Positions 46,883 through 57,500 of a stretch of DNA of 64,000 bases are shown piece by piece; the stretch's first letter is position 1, and each line of letters opens with the position of its first letter. The notes beneath the pieces are model-generated. The model made no database searches, had not been told where the DNA came from, and saw only the letters and a list, made by a program, of their open reading frames with translations. Source of the stretch: Vicinamibacterales bacterium (GTDB lineage Bacteria; Acidobacteriota; Vicinamibacteria; Vicinamibacterales; UBA8438); contig JAPYUM010000001.1 of NCBI GenBank assembly GCA_029940535.1, forward strand, positions 76,773 through 140,772, in the 5' to 3' direction. The position numbers and the translations under genes are program-made.

Positions 46883-49800
46883 CCACGAGCACGCTGTTGC
46901 GGCGCAGCCTGCTGCACTTCTGGCGGACCAACCTGGCCGTCATCGCCGGGGTTGGCGTGGCGGTCTCGGTGCTGGCTGGCGCGTTCCTCGTCGGCACGTC
47001 GGTTCGCGCCAGCCTCCGTGATCTCGCGCTACTGCGCCTGGGCCAGGTTGATCACGTGGTGACCTCGGGTCTGTTTTTTCGCGACGCGCTGGGCGAAGAC
47101 GTGGTGATGGCGCTGGCCGAGGAACCGGCGCGTGCCAACACTGCCGGCGCCAGTGCGCCGCTCATAGCCCTGGAAGGGTTCGTCACCCATCAGGACAGCG
47201 GTAGTCGAGCCGGCGGCATCCAGGTGTACGGCGTCGATGAGCGGTTCTGGCGCTTTCACGGGGTCGAGCCCGAGGGACGGACACCGGAGCCGGGCACCGT
47301 CCTGGTCAGCGCGGGGCTTGCTCGTGAACTCGGCGCCGCGGCGGGCGAAACGCTCCTCGTGCGCGTCCAGAAACCATCTGCCATCCCGGTCAGTTCCCTG
47401 CACGGGCGGCGTGACGATCTGGGCCGGACGATGCGTCTGGGTATCCAGGAGGTGCTGGCACCGGAGAGTCTCGGAGAATTCTCGTTCAGGCCCCAACAGG
47501 GGTTTTCGCGAGCGGTGTTCATCAATCTCGGTCGCATGCAGCGCGATCTCGAGCTCGACCAGCAGGTCAACACGTTGTTGCTCGGCGGTGGTGCGCCGGG
47601 CCTCGAGACGTCGGTCGCGGTCGCGAGCATCGAAGCGGCGCTGCGCGACCAGACACAACTCGAGGACCTCGGCCTGCGGGTACGTCTACTCGAGGCCTCT
47701 GGCGCGCTGGCGGTGGAGTCGGTGGCTGGCTTGCTTGACGACGACGTGGTCGCCGCGGCTCGGACGGCGGCGTCCGAAGCGGGGATGGCCGAGCAGCCGA
47801 TCTTGACCTATCTGGCCAATGCGATCCGGTTCGGCGATCGGCAGACCCCCTATTCCCTCGTCACCGCCCTCGACCTGCTGGACCTCGACGCGCCCGACAG
47901 CGGCGAGACCCCGGTCGACCTGAATGCCTCCGGCCCGGGGCCACCACCGATCGTGCTCAATGACTGGACGGCCGAGGATCTCGAGGCCGGGCTTGGTGAC
48001 GTCGTCACGGTCGAGTACTACCTCTGGGAGGAGGCCGGGGCGTTGCTGGTGGAGGCGGCGCAGTTCCGGGTGTCCGCGATCGTGCCGATTGATGGACTGG
48101 CGGCCGACCAGGACTTTGCGCCCGACTACCCGGGGATCACCGAAGCCAACGACGTGTCGGACTGGGATCCGCCGTTTCCCATCGATCTCGGTCTGGTCCG
48201 CCCGAAAGACGAGGACTACTGGGACGAGCATCGAACCGTCGCGAAGGGGTTCGTACCGCTGGCGAGCGGCCAGGACTTGTGGGGGTCCCGGTGGGGCGAG
48301 GTGACGTCCCTGCGGCTGTCCGCCTCGTCCGGCGTGTCCGAACGGGACGCCGCTGCCTATCGGGCCGCGTTGCACTCGGCCCTCGACCCGCTCGCGGCCG
48401 GCTTCGTCGTGTACCCGGCTCGAGGGCTCGCACTCGAGGCGGCGGCCGGAGTGACCGACTTTGGCGAGTATTTCACCTATTTCAGTTTCTTCCTGGTGGT
48501 CTCCGCGCTGCTGCTCGCTAGTTTGTTTTTCCGCCTGGGCGTCGAGCAGCGGTTGCGTGAAATTGGCGCGCTGCGAGCGCTGGGCTTCCACGATGCTGCC
48601 GTCAGACGGTTGTTCTGGGGCGAGGCCGGCGTGTTGTCGTTCGCCGGCGGCCTGCTGGGCGTGGCGGGCGCCGTCGGCTACGCCGAGCTGATCATGTGGG
48701 GGCTGCGCACCTGGTGGGTCGATGCCGTGGGCACGACGCTGCTGACCTTGCACGTGTCGCCCGCGGCGCTGGGCGCCGGGTTGGCGGGCGGGGGGCTGGC
48801 TGCCGTGGCGTCCATTGCCTGGACGTTGCGATCCGTGGACCGCGCGACGCCGCGTGCGCTCATCAGTGGCTCGCTGCCGGCACACACTGGTGGGGGTGCG
48901 CGCGCCGGCGGTCTCACGCGTCACGCGCCGACCGCGCTTGGGCTCCTCGGTGCTCTGGTGCTGGCGGGGACATTGGCCGGCATCGTCGGTGAGACGGCCG
49001 GTTTTTTTGGCACCGGTCTGTTGCTGCTGACGGCTTTGCTGACCCTGGCGTGGTCACTGCTTGGGCGGCAGGACGCCCTGGCGGAAGCGGTGCCGGCGAC
49101 CTGGTCCGTCTCGCGCGTCGGGTTGCGGAACGCCACGGCTCGGCCTGGGCGCTCGGTGCTGTGCATTACCCTCATCGCCTTCGCCTCGTTCATCATCGTG
49201 GCGGTCGATGCATTCCATCTCGAGGGTGGCGGGGAGGATACCGACCGGGCGTCCGGCACCGGCGGCTATCCGCTCATCGCTGAGTCGTTGTTGCCGATCG
49301 TGCTCGATCTGTCGTCGGCGGACGGACAAGCGGAACTCGGGATCTCGGCGTTCGACGACGACCTCTTCGGCGCCGCGTCCTACGCGCGGTTCCGGGTGCG
49401 GCCGGGCGAGGACGCCAGTTGCCTCAACCTCTACCAGGCGAAGAACCCGAAATTGCTGGCGCCCGAGCCAGGGTTTCTCGCCGACGGTCGTTTCAGCTTT
49501 GGTCGGACCCTGGCGGATACCGAGGCGGAGGTCGCCAACCCCTGGCTGCTCCTCGACCGGCAGTTCGACGACGGCGCGGTACCGGCGATTGCCGACGCGA
49601 CGTCGCTCGCCTACGCGCTGCACCTCTCCGTGGGTGACGATTTCGTCGTGAACCGCGAAAGCGATAACCCGATCACGCTTCGGATCGTGGCGGCGCTGAC
49701 CGATAGCATTTTTCAAGGGGAGCTGATCATCGGCCAGCGGCCGTTCGTCCGCCTGTTCCCGGAGCACGAGGGCTACCGGTTCTTCCTGATCGACGCGCCG

Positions 49801-50292
49801 GCCGACGCCACGGCGGGTGTGACCGCGGCCCTGGAAGATCGCCTGTCGGACTACGGCTTTGACGTGACTCTGGCCTCCGACCAGCTCGCGGCGTTCCACC
49901 GCGTCAACAACACCTACCTGGCCACGTTCCAGACGCTGGGCGCGCTTGGACTGCTCCTCGGCACCTTCGGGTTGGGTGCCGTGTTGCTGCGGAATGTGCT
50001 GGAGCGTCGTCGCGAGCTCGCGCTGCTGCGCGCGGTTGGCTACGACGCGCGAGATGTGTCCCGGCTGGTGTTGGTCGAGAACGGATTGCTGTTGTTCGGG
50101 GGCCTGGCGGCAGGCACCGTCTGCGCGCTCGTGGCCATCGCCCCGGCCTGGCTGGCGCGCGGCGGCCAGTTCCCGGTCGTGTCTCTGGGCGGGTTGCTGT
50201 TGGCGGTGGCGGCCGCCGGCCTGATCTCGTCGCTGGCGGCTACCGTGGTGGCGGTGCGGTCCCCACTGCTTGCGGCGCTGCGGTCTGAGTGA
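46879..50292 (+). CDS. ABC transporter permease with two FtsX/MacB-type domains and large periplasmic regions
   Basis: 1137 aa from ATG 46879, which overlaps the ATPase stop (ATGA). Two 4-TM FtsX-like modules (about aa 520-640 and 1010-1137). Confidence 0.8.
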   Translation: MTTSTLLRRSLLHFWRTNLAVIAGVGVAVSVLAGAFLVGTSVRASLRDLALLRLGQVDHVVTSGLFFRDALGEDVVMALAEEPARANTAGASAPLIALEGFVTHQDSGSRAGGIQVYGVDERFWRFHGVEPEGRTPEPGTVLVSAGLARELGAAAGETLLVRVQKPSAIPVSSLHGRRDDLGRTMRLGIQEVLAPESLGEFSFRPQQGFSRAVFINLGRMQRDLELDQQVNTLLLGGGAPGLETSVAVASIEAALRDQTQLEDLGLRVRLLEASGALAVESVAGLLDDDVVAAARTAASEAGMAEQPILTYLANAIRFGDRQTPYSLVTALDLLDLDAPDSGETPVDLNASGPGPPPIVLNDWTAEDLEAGLGDVVTVEYYLWEEAGALLVEAAQFRVSAIVPIDGLAADQDFAPDYPGITEANDVSDWDPPFPIDLGLVRPKDEDYWDEHRTVAKGFVPLASGQDLWGSRWGEVTSLRLSASSGVSERDAAAYRAALHSALDPLAAGFVVYPARGLALEAAAGVTDFGEYFTYFSFFLVVSALLLASLFFRLGVEQRLREIGALRALGFHDAAVRRLFWGEAGVLSFAGGLLGVAGAVGYAELIMWGLRTWWVDAVGTTLLTLHVSPAALGAGLAGGGLAAVASIAWTLRSVDRATPRALISGSLPAHTGGGARAGGLTRHAPTALGLLGALVLAGTLAGIVGETAGFFGTGLLLLTALLTLAWSLLGRQDALAEAVPATWSVSRVGLRNATARPGRSVLCITLIAFASFIIVAVDAFHLEGGGEDTDRASGTGGYPLIAESLLPIVLDLSSADGQAELGISAFDDDLFGAASYARFRVRPGEDASCLNLYQAKNPKLLAPEPGFLADGRFSFGRTLADTEAEVANPWLLLDRQFDDGAVPAIADATSLAYALHLSVGDDFVVNRESDNPITLRIVAALTDSIFQGELIIGQRPFVRLFPEHEGYRFFLIDAPADATAGVTAALEDRLSDYGFDVTLASDQLAAFHRVNNTYLATFQTLGALGLLLGTFGLGAVLLRNVLERRRELALLRAVGYDARDVSRLVLVENGLLLFGGLAAGTVCALVAIAPAWLARGGQFPVVSLGGLLLAVAAAGLISSLAATVVAVRSPLLAALRSE

Positions 50293-50411
50293 CTCTCAGG
50301 GCAGGCGCACTGCTCTCTGTGCCTTGGTCTGTTCTGCCGCATCCCTCTACCGAGTCAACCGATGACATACGAACCACAGCCGCGCCAGGCGGCGGCGCCG
50401 GTCAAAACGCC

Positions 50412-52490
50412 ATGACCCCCTTGAATCCGCATGCGGCCGAGCCGCCCCGGGCCCGGCGGTCGCCGACCCGCCACGAGACGCACGGGGTGGTTCGCGTTGA
50501 TGACTACTACTGGTTGCGCGAGCGCGAGAGTACGGAGGTCATTGACTATCTGCGCGCCGAGAACGCCCACACCGATGCGGTCATGGCCCAGACCGAAGTA
50601 CTGCAGGAGACCCTGTTCGAGGAAATCAAGGGGCGCATCAAGCAGACCGACATGTCGGTCCCGTATCGGGAAGGCGACTTCACCTACTACCGGCGCTACG
50701 AGGACGATCGCGAATATCCGATTTACTGTCGCCGCCGCGAGCCAGCCGGGTCAGAGGAGGTCTTGCTCGACGTCAACGAACTCGCCGAAGGGCGTGACTT
50801 CTGCCAGGTCTCTGGCCGCGAAGTCAGTCCGGATCAGCAGCTGCTCGCCTATGCGACCGACTTCGAGGGACGACGCATTCATACGATCCGCGTCAAGAAC
50901 CTGGTGACCGGCGCCCATCTCGACGACGCGCTGACCGGCGTCACCAGCAATCTGGTCTGGGCCAATGACAGCCGGACGCTGTTCTATGCCCACCAAGACC
51001 CGACCACGTTGCGGTGGTCTCGTATCTACCGACACCAGCTCGGCACCCGACAAGCGGACGACGTGGTGGTCTACGAGGAGCCGGACGACACGTTCAATTG
51101 CGGGGTGGGGAAGAGCCGGTCGAAGCGCTATCTGCTGATTGGGTCGCATCAGACGGTCTCCAGCGAGTATCGGTTTCTGGACGCCGACGACCCCACCGGT
51201 ACCTTCTCGGTGTTCTTGGCCCGAGAGCGCGACCACGAGTACCACATTGACCACTTTCGTGACCGGTTCTACATCCGCACGAATCGCGACGCACGCAATT
51301 TCAAGTTGATGGAGGCGCCTGAGGGCGGCATGGATCCGGACCGCTGGGTCGAACTGATCCCGCATCGGGAGGACGCGCTGCTCGGGCCGTTCGAGCTTTT
51401 TCGTGACCATCTGGTGACGCACGAGCGGCGAGGCGGCCTGGTCTACCTGCGAGTGTGCCCCTGGAGCGGCGCGGACGCCCATGACATTGCGTTCGACGAG
51501 CCGGTGTACGACGCGTATTTGTCAGTCAACCGGGAAGCTGACTCGTCGGTGCTGCGGTTTGGCTACGAGTCCCTCACGACACCGACGACCACCTATGACT
51601 ACGACATGGTGGCCCGGACGCGGACGCGGTTGAAACAGGAAGAAGTGCTTGGCGATTTCGATCCGACTCGTTATCAGTCCGAGCGGCTCATGGCCATCGC
51701 GCCGGATGGCGAACACATTCCGGTCTCGCTGGTGTCGCGGGTCGGCACGCCTCGTGACGGTAGCCACCCCCTGCTGCTGTACGGCTACGGCGCCTACGGT
51801 CTGTGCATCGACCCGGCGTTCAACTCCGCGCGGTTGAGTTTGCTGGACCGCGGGTTCATCTTCGCGATCGCGCACGTGCGGGGTGGCCAGGAGCTGGGAC
51901 GACGCTGGTATGACGATGGCCGATTGGGACAGAAGCGCAATTCGTTCACCGACTTCATCGCCGCCGCCGAGCACCTGCTGGGGGAAGGCTACTCGCAGAC
52001 GGACCGACTGTTCGCCATGGGGGGAAGCGCTGGCGGGTTGCTGATGGGGGCCGTGATCAACATGCGGCCCGACCTGTTCGCCGGTGTCGTGGCGCAGGTT
52101 CCGTTCGTTGATGTCATGACGACGATGCTCGACGACAGCATCCCACTGACCACCGGCGAGTACGACGAGTGGGGCAATCCGAACGAGCGCGGCGCGTTCG
52201 ACGACATTTTGGCCTATTCGCCATACGACAACATCGAGGCAAAGGCTTACCCCGCGTTGCTCGTGCTGGCCGGCTTGCACGATTCACAGGTGCAGTACTG
52301 GGAGCCGGCCAAGTGGGTGGCCAAGCTGCGCGCCCTGAAGACCGACGGCAATCCGTTGCTGCTCAAGACCAACATGGATGCCGGTCACGGCGGCGTATCG
52401 GGTCGATATCGACGCTATCGGGATGTGGCTCTGCAGTACGCGTTTCTTCTCGCCCAGGCCGGTGTGTCGGGTTCGACCACCAACGCCTAA
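50412..52490 (+). CDS. ptrB: Oligopeptidase B (S9A prolyl oligopeptidase family)
   Basis: 692 aa from ATG 50412. N-terminal DDYYWLRERES...YLRAEN, catalytic GGSAGGLL, and the D/H region near the C-terminus (MDAGHGG). Confidence 0.85.
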   Translation: MTPLNPHAAEPPRARRSPTRHETHGVVRVDDYYWLRERESTEVIDYLRAENAHTDAVMAQTEVLQETLFEEIKGRIKQTDMSVPYREGDFTYYRRYEDDREYPIYCRRREPAGSEEVLLDVNELAEGRDFCQVSGREVSPDQQLLAYATDFEGRRIHTIRVKNLVTGAHLDDALTGVTSNLVWANDSRTLFYAHQDPTTLRWSRIYRHQLGTRQADDVVVYEEPDDTFNCGVGKSRSKRYLLIGSHQTVSSEYRFLDADDPTGTFSVFLARERDHEYHIDHFRDRFYIRTNRDARNFKLMEAPEGGMDPDRWVELIPHREDALLGPFELFRDHLVTHERRGGLVYLRVCPWSGADAHDIAFDEPVYDAYLSVNREADSSVLRFGYESLTTPTTTYDYDMVARTRTRLKQEEVLGDFDPTRYQSERLMAIAPDGEHIPVSLVSRVGTPRDGSHPLLLYGYGAYGLCIDPAFNSARLSLLDRGFIFAIAHVRGGQELGRRWYDDGRLGQKRNSFTDFIAAAEHLLGEGYSQTDRLFAMGGSAGGLLMGAVINMRPDLFAGVVAQVPFVDVMTTMLDDSIPLTTGEYDEWGNPNERGAFDDILAYSPYDNIEAKAYPALLVLAGLHDSQVQYWEPAKWVAKLRALKTDGNPLLLKTNMDAGHGGVSGRYRRYRDVALQYAFLLAQAGVSGSTTNA

Positions 52491-52505
52491 AGCTTTCGGC
52501 CACCC

Positions 52506-55151
52506 GTGCCGAAAAGTGCAATTGTGAGAATACGACGTTCGTCGTACGCGTTGCTGTGCGCGTTTTTCCTGACCGGCGCGACCTCGCTCATCTTCGAGGT
52601 GGTGTGGACCCGCCTCCTGCTCTTGTCGCTGGGGGCCACGCCGGTGGCAATGGGCATCGTCCTGGCGGCGTTCATGGGCGGCATGGCGATCGGCGCGTGG
52701 GCCGCCGGGCGCACCCTGGTGCGGCGGTGGCCGCCGGTGGCCGTCTACGCCGGCTTGGAAGCCTGGATCGGCCTGTACGCGCTGGCCACGCCTTGGCTCT
52801 TTCGCCTGATCGATCGCGTGCCACCGGCGGGACAGCTGGCGCTGGGCGTGCTGGCCCTGCTGCCGGCCACGGTGGCGATGGGCACGTCACTCCCGTTGCT
52901 GGTTCGGGCGCTCGACCAGCTGCACCCGGGCGAGACACCGCGCGCCACGACGGTGGGGTGGCTCTACGCCGCCAATACCGCCGGCGGCGTCGTTGGGCCG
53001 CTTGCCGCGGTCTTTTTCTTGTTCCCCCTGGCCGGGCTGTCGCGAACCTTGTTGCTCGCCGTCGCGGCGAACCTGGTCGTGAGTGCCGCCGTGTGGATGA
53101 CCCGGCACCAGTGGGACACCACACCGTCGGACGCGGCGGCCGACCTGCGACCGACCGGTGCCACGAGACCCGGCGGCGCGCTGCTGTCGGTGCCCCGATC
53201 GCTCTACGCGGTGCTCGCCGTGTCCGGCGGCACCGCGATGATCTACGAAGTGGCGTGGACGCGGACCCTGGCCATGGTCTACGGCTCGTCGGTCTACGGC
53301 GTGTCGATTACGTTGTCGACATTTCTGACCGGCATCGCCCTCGGCTCGTGGGGCTCGGCCGCCTGGGTGCGCCGGCGTGGCGCCACCCGGTTTGTGGCGG
53401 CCGTTTTGCTGGTCGGGTCCGCCTGCGCCGCGTTCGCCAGTCTGCAGGTCGGTGGACGCCTGCCGGTCCTGTTTCTCTCTCTGTTCCGGTGGGCGGACGG
53501 CGGCAGTACGGCCCTGTATGTGGCTCAGTTCCTGCTGGCGGCGGCCCTGATGCTGCCCAGCACCCTCTGCCTGGGGGCTTTGCTCCCGGTCGTCGTCAGC
53601 CTGGCGCCAAAGCGGCAACAGTCGCGTGGCGGCGATGACCACGCCGTGGTCTCCTCTCTCTACGCCGCCAATCTTTCCGGTGCGGCCGCAGGGGCGCTGA
53701 TAGCGTCTGCGTTGCTCGTCGCGGGTGTGGGGTTGAGCACCTCCCTGCAGGCAGGCGTTCTGCTGGCTCTCGGGTTGTCGCTCGTACTGCTCGTCCGACT
53801 GCCGACACCACATCCGGGTCTGGTCGGCATCACCGCCTTGGCGGTGTTGTTGGTACTGGTGCTGGATGGCGGCGCGCGCCGGCTCACCCTCAGCTTCGGC
53901 CTCTATCACGGGGCGGAGGGTTACGCGACGAACGACGACCAAGGGTTACGGGACTTGCTGGCGTCGTACGAACTGCTCTTCTACCGTGATGGTCCAACCG
54001 CCTCGGTGGCGGTGCAGAAGATCGACCGCTATCTGTTGATGAAGATCAACGGCAAGACCGACGCATCGAACGGCGCCGGGGATATCGAGACCCAGACCCT
54101 GCTCGGGCATCTGCCGCTGTTGGCGGCCGATGGAGCCGACCGGGTGGCGGTCGTGGGATTTGGGAGCGGGATGACGGCGGGCGCGGTGCTGACGCACCGA
54201 GTGCGCGAGGTCGACGCCTTCGAGATCGAGCCCGCCGTCGTCGACGCGTCCCGCTACTTCGATGCCATCAACGGGCGTCCTCTCGATGATCCTCGTCTCC
54301 GCCTGGTGATGGGTGACGCGCGTAGCGAACTACGGCGCCAGGGCGAACCGTACGATGTCATTATTTCTGAGCCCTCGAATCCCTGGATTACCGGCGTCGC
54401 CAATCTTTTCACGCAGGACTTCTTCGAACTGGCGGCTTCCCGACTCGCGCCGGACGGCGTGTTCGCTCAGTGGTTTCATCTCTACGGCATGTCGGAGGAA
54501 GCGGCCCGGGAGGTGGTGGCGACGTTCCGCCACGTCTTCCCGCACGTCGTCGCCTTCAAGGACCGCGATTTGATCTTGCTGGGGTCGGCACGGCCGATCC
54601 GTTTCTCGCTCGATGACATGAATCGGCGATTCTCCAACCCGGCCGTGCGTGCGAGTCTGGGCGAGGCGTTCGTCCGCTACCCGGCCGATCTGCTGGTCAA
54701 GCTCAGGCTTGACGAGGAGGGCACGGCGGCGTTCGCCGGCGATGCGTCGTTCAACACCGACGACAACATGCGACTCGAGCTGGCCGCACCGCGCACGCTG
54801 TATGACGACCGATTGCCCGCCATCCTGGCCGCACTCGACCGGCATCCGCCGGCGCTGTCCGACATCGTCACCGACTACGGGACGCGAGCCACGCTGGAGC
54901 TCGAGTTGGCGGCATCGCTGTTTACGGCCGGACGTGACGCCGAGGCGTTGCTGTACTGCGAGCGAGCGCTGGCCGACGAGCCCTCGTTCGACGGACTGAA
55001 GTTGCTGGGCCAGATTGCCGAACGTGGTGGCGACCGCCGTCGCGCCCGCCATGCATGGCGGCTGGCCCTGGCCGCCGACCCGGACCCCGGGCAGCGCGCC
55101 CTCGTCAGTGCCCTACTCAGCGGCGTTGAGCCTATCGCCTCGGGGAACTGA
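52506..55151 (+). CDS. Fused MFS-like membrane domain / spermidine synthase-like domain / C-terminal TPR
   Basis: 881 aa. About 12 TM segments at the N-terminus (FLTGATSLIFEVVWTR), then an aminopropyltransferase-like fold (VAVVGFGSGMTAG...VIISEPSNPW). Confidence 0.75.
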   Translation: MPKSAIVRIRRSSYALLCAFFLTGATSLIFEVVWTRLLLLSLGATPVAMGIVLAAFMGGMAIGAWAAGRTLVRRWPPVAVYAGLEAWIGLYALATPWLFRLIDRVPPAGQLALGVLALLPATVAMGTSLPLLVRALDQLHPGETPRATTVGWLYAANTAGGVVGPLAAVFFLFPLAGLSRTLLLAVAANLVVSAAVWMTRHQWDTTPSDAAADLRPTGATRPGGALLSVPRSLYAVLAVSGGTAMIYEVAWTRTLAMVYGSSVYGVSITLSTFLTGIALGSWGSAAWVRRRGATRFVAAVLLVGSACAAFASLQVGGRLPVLFLSLFRWADGGSTALYVAQFLLAAALMLPSTLCLGALLPVVVSLAPKRQQSRGGDDHAVVSSLYAANLSGAAAGALIASALLVAGVGLSTSLQAGVLLALGLSLVLLVRLPTPHPGLVGITALAVLLVLVLDGGARRLTLSFGLYHGAEGYATNDDQGLRDLLASYELLFYRDGPTASVAVQKIDRYLLMKINGKTDASNGAGDIETQTLLGHLPLLAADGADRVAVVGFGSGMTAGAVLTHRVREVDAFEIEPAVVDASRYFDAINGRPLDDPRLRLVMGDARSELRRQGEPYDVIISEPSNPWITGVANLFTQDFFELAASRLAPDGVFAQWFHLYGMSEEAAREVVATFRHVFPHVVAFKDRDLILLGSARPIRFSLDDMNRRFSNPAVRASLGEAFVRYPADLLVKLRLDEEGTAAFAGDASFNTDDNMRLELAAPRTLYDDRLPAILAALDRHPPALSDIVTDYGTRATLELELAASLFTAGRDAEALLYCERALADEPSFDGLKLLGQIAERGGDRRRARHAWRLALAADPDPGQRALVSALLSGVEPIASGN

Positions 55152-55181
55152 CCCGGTGCGGGGCGCAGCCCCGGCTATTCT

Positions 55182-57500
55182 CTAAAAAAACCGCACCGAG
55201 TAGCCGAACCTCACGCCGCGTCCAATCTCCGGCGCGAAGTCCTTGATGAACGAGGTGTGGTTCCGATACAGCGCATTGGTCAGGTTGTAGCCCGTGACGC
55301 TCACGATGTGCGCTACGTGCGGCCGGGCCAGGATATAGGAGGCCGTCAGGTTGAACACCGAGTATCCACTGGTCTCGGTCTCATCACGGAATACTTGATC
55401 TTGCTGGGCCGCGATGATCAGCTCCGGACTGACCGTGAAGCCTCGGTAGGGCAGGTCCAGACTGATCCGCCCCCGCAGGGGCGGGATTCGTGGAAGGGCC
55501 TCACCGGTGTCCAGTTCGGCGTCCACGAAACCGACACCCACGTTCACCCAGAACGCGTCACCCACCCGCGCGCTCGCATCGGCATCGAAACCCACGAAGC
55601 GGCTGTCGGCTTGGCGAAACTCGGCTACCCGAAGCCGATCAACGACGGCCCCGGTGATCGATGCGAACACGAAATCGTCGATGTCATACACGTAGGCGTT
55701 GACGCTGCTCCTCGCTCGTGGGGACTGATACCGCAGACTGACATCGAGTCCCACCGTGGTCTCGCTCCCGAGGTCTGGATTGCCCACCTCGAAGACGAGG
55801 TTGCCCACATGCGGACCGAAGTTGTACAGCTCTTCCAGCGCGGGGGCGCGGTGCGAGCGCGTGACATTGGTGACGAATGCTATGTGGGGGCCCACGTCGG
55901 TCTGGAGACCGGCCGAGACCGAGCTCCCGGTGAAGTCGCGGTCGCGCACCGGGGACGCGATCGGTGCTCCCGGCGCCCCGGCAGACTCTGTGTCCAGAGC
56001 TGCACGCGGCAGCACGCTGTAGCTGTTGCGTTCAAGCCGGCCGCCGAGCTGCACTCGGTATCGCCCCAGTTCCAGCTCCTCGTAGACGAACGCCGCGAAC
56101 GAGGTCTGGTCAGTGGGAGGCGTCAGGGCTTCCTCTCCGACGGCGATGAAGTCACGCGCTTGAGTCCACACGCCGAACTTGCCGGCCAGGCGGGCCGTCT
56201 GCCGCTGATCCACCTCGGCTCGCAGCACGTAGGTGCGGTTGTCGAATGCCGTTCCGAGGCGCTTCGACCCACCCTCGGTTTCGACCTCGGTGTGTTCCCA
56301 ATCCACCACATTGAAAACCAGTCGGACCCCATCCACCACCGTGTGGTTCAGGTTCCGCATGCCGATGTCGAACCGGCCCACCCGGCGGCGTGAGTCCAGC
56401 TCTACCTGGACGTCGTCTTCCAGGGTGTCCGGGGAGCCGACGGTGTCGATTCCGGCGTCCACGTCCGCCGTGAGCGCGCCGACGAACGGGACACCGAACA
56501 GGCTGTTCTCGGCCGTGAAGCCGCCGCTGGCGAACAGCCGGTCGCCGAAGTAGCCGATGCCGGCGCGCGCCGAGTGGAGCTGGGTGGCCGAGTTCTCGAT
56601 CGCGCCCTGAGGCGTGCTGTAGTCGTCGGTGGCGCGCGTCCCGCCACCCAGCCACAGGATGGCGTTGCCATCCGTATGCTGCAAGCTGGCGTTCGTGCCC
56701 GCCTGCTGGTCGGCCGACCCGGTGTCGGCGCTCACCTGTCCGCGCGTCCCATCGGTCATCGAATCGAGATAGCTCTCGTGCGGCGTGATGGCATTGACCA
56801 CACCACCTACTGCGTTCGACCCGTACAGGAGCGTGGCCGGACCCCGCACGATTTCCACTCGATCCAGGCTGTTCGGATCGATGGTCACGCCGTGGTCGCC
56901 AGACTGGGCACCCAGGTCTCCGGTCCGGATCCCGTCCTCCATGATCAACACCCGGTCGCCGTCGAAGCCGCGGATGATCGGCCGGCTCGAGCCTGGTCCG
57001 AAGCTGCGTTTTGCGACGCCCGGTTCGTTCTCGAGCGCGTCCGCCAGCGTTGGCTGCGGGTCGGAGATCAGCTCGAACGAGTCCAGCGTCGAAATCGCGT
57101 TGAACGCGTCGAAGGCGGTGGTCCGTCCGCCCGCGGTCGCCGTGACCGTCAACTCTTCATGGACGGTGGATAACCCGAGCGTGAAGTTGGCGGTGACATC
57201 GGCGCCGGATGGGACGGCTACGCTCTGGCGTGCGGCGCTGAGATGCTCGCGTTGCGCGATAACCTCGTGCGAGCCTGGTGGGACGTTGGTGATCTCGTAG
57301 GTGCCGTCTTCCTCGGTCAGTGTCACCAGCGACGGACCCACCACCAGCACGACCGCGCCGTGGACCGGCTCCCCCGCGTCACCGAACGTGACCGCACCGC
57401 GGATCGTGCCGCTCTCCTGCGCGTCGGCAGACGCGTGCATCAGCGCGACGACGCAGATGGCCGACAGAATCCGGTACGGGCCGCCGCGTTGCCTACCCAC
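55182..57500 (-). CDS. TonB-dependent receptor with an N-terminal carboxypeptidase-regulatory-like domain
   Basis: 772 aa. Signal peptide, GTIRGAVTF...V (CarbopepD_reg-like), plug domain and a C-terminal beta-barrel ending in ...RFGYSVRFF. Confidence 0.85.
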   Translation of the reverse strand: MGRQRGGPYRILSAICVVALMHASADAQESGTIRGAVTFGDAGEPVHGAVVLVVGPSLVTLTEEDGTYEITNVPPGSHEVIAQREHLSAARQSVAVPSGADVTANFTLGLSTVHEELTVTATAGGRTTAFDAFNAISTLDSFELISDPQPTLADALENEPGVAKRSFGPGSSRPIIRGFDGDRVLIMEDGIRTGDLGAQSGDHGVTIDPNSLDRVEIVRGPATLLYGSNAVGGVVNAITPHESYLDSMTDGTRGQVSADTGSADQQAGTNASLQHTDGNAILWLGGGTRATDDYSTPQGAIENSATQLHSARAGIGYFGDRLFASGGFTAENSLFGVPFVGALTADVDAGIDTVGSPDTLEDDVQVELDSRRRVGRFDIGMRNLNHTVVDGVRLVFNVVDWEHTEVETEGGSKRLGTAFDNRTYVLRAEVDQRQTARLAGKFGVWTQARDFIAVGEEALTPPTDQTSFAAFVYEELELGRYRVQLGGRLERNSYSVLPRAALDTESAGAPGAPIASPVRDRDFTGSSVSAGLQTDVGPHIAFVTNVTRSHRAPALEELYNFGPHVGNLVFEVGNPDLGSETTVGLDVSLRYQSPRARSSVNAYVYDIDDFVFASITGAVVDRLRVAEFRQADSRFVGFDADASARVGDAFWVNVGVGFVDAELDTGEALPRIPPLRGRISLDLPYRGFTVSPELIIAAQQDQVFRDETETSGYSVFNLTASYILARPHVAHIVSVTGYNLTNALYRNHTSFIKDFAPEIGRGVRFGYSVRFF

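Noticed and set aside
55152-55198. Possible bidirectional terminator between the spermidine-synthase-like gene and the TonB-dependent receptor gene (CGGGGC-GCA-GCCCCG; CGGTGCGG...CCGCACCG flanking an A7/T7 run)
   Set aside because: The stems are short or interrupted, and the T-run is not placed directly 3' of a hairpin on either strand. The evidence is not strong enough to annotate.
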